From Nitrososphaeraceae archaeon (GTDB taxonomy: Archaea; Thermoproteota; Nitrososphaeria; Nitrososphaerales; Nitrososphaeraceae), in contig DATFEP010000001.1 in NCBI GenBank assembly GCA_035250975.1, forward strand, positions 1 through 10,260: a stretch of DNA of 10,260 nucleotides, read 5' to 3'. Of the stretch, positions 8,719-10,260 are shown piece after piece. The notes beneath the pieces were generated by a model that worked only from the letters and a program-made list of their open reading frames with translations, did not search any database and had not been told where the DNA came from. Position 1 is the first letter of the stretch. Each line of letters opens with the position of its first letter. The position numbers were made by a program, and so were the translations under genes.

Positions 8719-9168
8719 TTATTCTAGCTGTGCAATAACTGCAGAATATTTCCAAGTTGTTGGTATTTTTCCGCTATTCTTGTAGTATTTTGAAATTCTG
8801 TGAATTTTCGATTCAATTAATTCAAGAGATCGTACATTTCTATGATCACTATTGTGAATTTTTAGATGTTTTTGAAGACCAAGTGCTTTTTGTACCAATT
8901 TATTCAAATCTTCCGGCATTGATTGTTCAATATTGTTATCTTTGAGTACCTGAGTTACAGATTTACCAAGAATCGGTTTTACTAACGGTATTCCATATTC
9001 ATCTCTCAGACGTAAACCAATCTCGCTAGGAGATAATCCATCATTAGAAAATTTAATGATAATATCAGCTATTTCTTTCGGTTTTTGTACTATCCAGCTT
9101 GGTGCATCCTTTACTGCTGGTCTAATCGAATGAGACTTTCCATGAGTATGAGCATGAGTACGAGCCAT
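8719..9168 (-). CDS. rps15: 30S ribosomal protein S15 (uS15, archaeal/eukaryotic S13e type)
   Basis: MAR.H....GKSHS.RP, PSW, SPSEIG..LRD.YGIP, PEDL, HL..H..D, LELIESKIHR..KYYK and WKY. Confidence 0.97.
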   Translation of the reverse strand: MARTHAHTHGKSHSIRPAVKDAPSWIVQKPKEIADIIIKFSNDGLSPSEIGLRLRDEYGIPLVKPILGKSVTQVLKDNNIEQSMPEDLNKLVQKALGLQKHLKIHNSDHRNVRSLELIESKIHRISKYYKNSGKIPTTWKYSAVIAQLE

Positions 9169-9262
9169 ATTGATACTTAATTTTTTTGTATATCTTAAAT
9201 GTTACTTAAAATTTATATTCAATATGATAAAAGTTAAATAATTGAATTTAAAATTGAAGAAT
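9169..9262. promoter_or_regulatory. Divergent promoter region rps15 / putative amoZ
   Basis: TATA-like TTTATA at 9212-9217 and TTAAATA at 9234-9240 on +. TTTAAGAT on - at about 9191-9198, some 25 nt before the rps15 ATG. Confidence 0.45.
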
Positions 9263-9589
9263 ATGATGAATAGACCATCTATCTTGGCAATGACTGTAGT
9301 AATATTATCGATGGGTACAGTGTTTACATTAGTTGGAGTTCAGTCTGCCATGGCACAATATGGACAAGCTCAAAGTGGAATATCTTCTCTCGAGGAGGAA
9401 TTAAATTTAGCAAAACAAAAGGTTTCCACTGCTCAATCAGAGGGTGCATATGGTTCAGGTACTTCAATGGTTAGTGGCGGTGCAGATCAAACAGCTATCT
9501 TCATTGCTGTTCTTGTAGCAATCTTTGGTGCCGTTGCAGCAGCTTTCTTCATAATGAGTAGAAGTAGACAACGCGAACCAGCGAAATAG
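9263..9589 (+). CDS. amoZ: Putative ammonia monooxygenase subunit AmoZ (signal peptide, short helical ectodomain, C-terminal TM helix)
   Basis: Signal peptide ending SAMA|Q, then LEEELNLAKQKV, GAYGSGT, the TM segment IFIAVLVAIFGAVAAAFFIM and a basic tail. This resembles the conserved AOA protein encoded next to rps15, as recalled for amoZ. Start may be TTG 9242 or ATG 9263/9266. Confidence 0.7.
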   Translation: MMNRPSILAMTVVILSMGTVFTLVGVQSAMAQYGQAQSGISSLEEELNLAKQKVSTAQSEGAYGSGTSMVSGGADQTAIFIAVLVAIFGAVAAAFFIMSRSRQREPAK

Positions 9590-9599
9590 TAACTCTAAC

Positions 9600-9614
9600 C
9601 TTTTTTATTTTTTC
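9600..9614 (+). terminator. Oligo-T tract, possible archaeal terminator after amoZ
   Basis: TTTTTTATTTTTT about 11 nt after the stop codon. Confidence 0.4.
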
Positions 9615-9725
9615 AAATTGCAAAATAACATCTGGTAAATTTTCATATCTTGTACTTGGATTACATTACAGAGAATAATTAAAACACCAAAATGTATATA
9701 TCATAGACTTTGATTGCTATATGAT

Positions 9726-10010
9726 ATGGTAGTAGGTGCTATCACCAATCTCAGTGCAATGATTAGTAACAGCTTTAGCAGTCTTATTCAACAGATCGGT
9801 CCAAGCTATGATCCGCTGTTCTACGATGTTATGGTATACATATTCGGGACAATATTGTTTGCTGTCTTCCTTCTTGGAGTAATTTCTTTCTGGCTTCGAA
9901 GAAAAGGACTTGGCGGTGCTTCTGCGAAAGAGAAATGGTCTCAAGAATTGGAAAAGTATTTTGAACGAGAACAGATTGGTTTAATGCCAGACGAAAAACA
10001 TCACTGGTAA
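9726..10010 (+). CDS. amoY: Putative ammonia monooxygenase subunit AmoY (single TM helix)
   Basis: GPSYDPLFYDVM.YIF, the TM segment GTILFAVFLLGVISFWLRR, then a charged tail KEKWSQ...YFE.EQI..MP. It lies in tandem after the amoZ-like gene. TATATAT at 9695-9701 favours ATG 9726 over TTG 9714. Confidence 0.7.
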   Translation: MVVGAITNLSAMISNSFSSLIQQIGPSYDPLFYDVMVYIFGTILFAVFLLGVISFWLRRKGLGGASAKEKWSQELEKYFEREQIGLMPDEKHHW

Positions 10011-10024
10011 AAAATCATTATGAC

Positions 10025-10052
10025 GACGGTTTGTTATACAAAATAAATCGTC
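10025..10052 (+). terminator. Stem-loop downstream of amoY-like gene
   Basis: GACGGTTTGTT pairs with AATAAATCGTC (11 bp, two G-U pairs) around a 6-nt loop, followed by T-rich sequence. Confidence 0.4.
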
Positions 10053-10224
10053 TTTACTAATCTTATTTTAATTTTTTTTATTTGTAGTCATGATTATATA
10101 GAGTCTGTTAACATGCAATTAATTTTACTGAAAAATGAAACTATTTTTTTTGTTTTGATTGTTATATTGTATAAATGAATAAACAATCTAATCAGATTCT
10201 ATACATGTGCTAGATCACATTTTC

Positions 10225-10260
10225 TGTTCTTGTTCTTGTTCTTGTTCTTGTTCTTGTTCT
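10225..10260. repeat. Hexanucleotide microsatellite (TGTTCT)6, truncated by the window end
   Basis: Six exact copies counted. On the minus strand one frame reads (EQ)n-K-M-stop. Confidence 0.95.

Noticed and set aside
6867-8945. Plus-strand ORFs 6867..7073, 7478..7675, 7706..7957, 8120..8353 and 8757..8945
   Set aside because: Antisense shadows of serS, pcc1, the DHH gene and rps15.
9717-9944. 75-aa minus-strand ORF
   Set aside because: Antisense to the amoY-like gene, which has a TM helix, a promoter and a family resemblance.
10225-10260. Terminal repeat as CRISPR array or telomere-like end
   Set aside because: It is a 6-bp unit without spacers in a chromosomal core-gene context, i.e. a simple microsatellite.

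Overview
AT-rich archaeal DNA. Gene content and protein signatures point to an ammonia-oxidising archaeon (Nitrososphaerota/Thaumarchaeota, probably a low-GC Nitrososphaeraceae lineage). It is mostly core genes: AK6/Fap7-type kinase > extended Lsm (SmAP3-like) > tgtA (+); leuD-leuC (-); proteasome beta subunit (+); rps15-DHH/RecJ-like-pcc1-serS operon (-). Three features stand out. (1) Two small membrane-protein genes divergent from rps15 look like amoZ and amoY, the recently recognised extra subunits of archaeal ammonia monooxygenase, here without amoA/B/C/X. (2) The AK6 gene is split: its P-loop N-terminus and promoter lie inverted on the minus strand at 1-76, which is either a real inversion or an amplification/assembly chimera. 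(3) The RecJ/GAN/Cdc45 homologue has lost most of its nuclease motifs. The window ends in a (TGTTCT)6 microsatellite. No RNA genes, CRISPR arrays or mobile elements were recognised. All family calls come from motif recognition and recalled synteny, not database searches.
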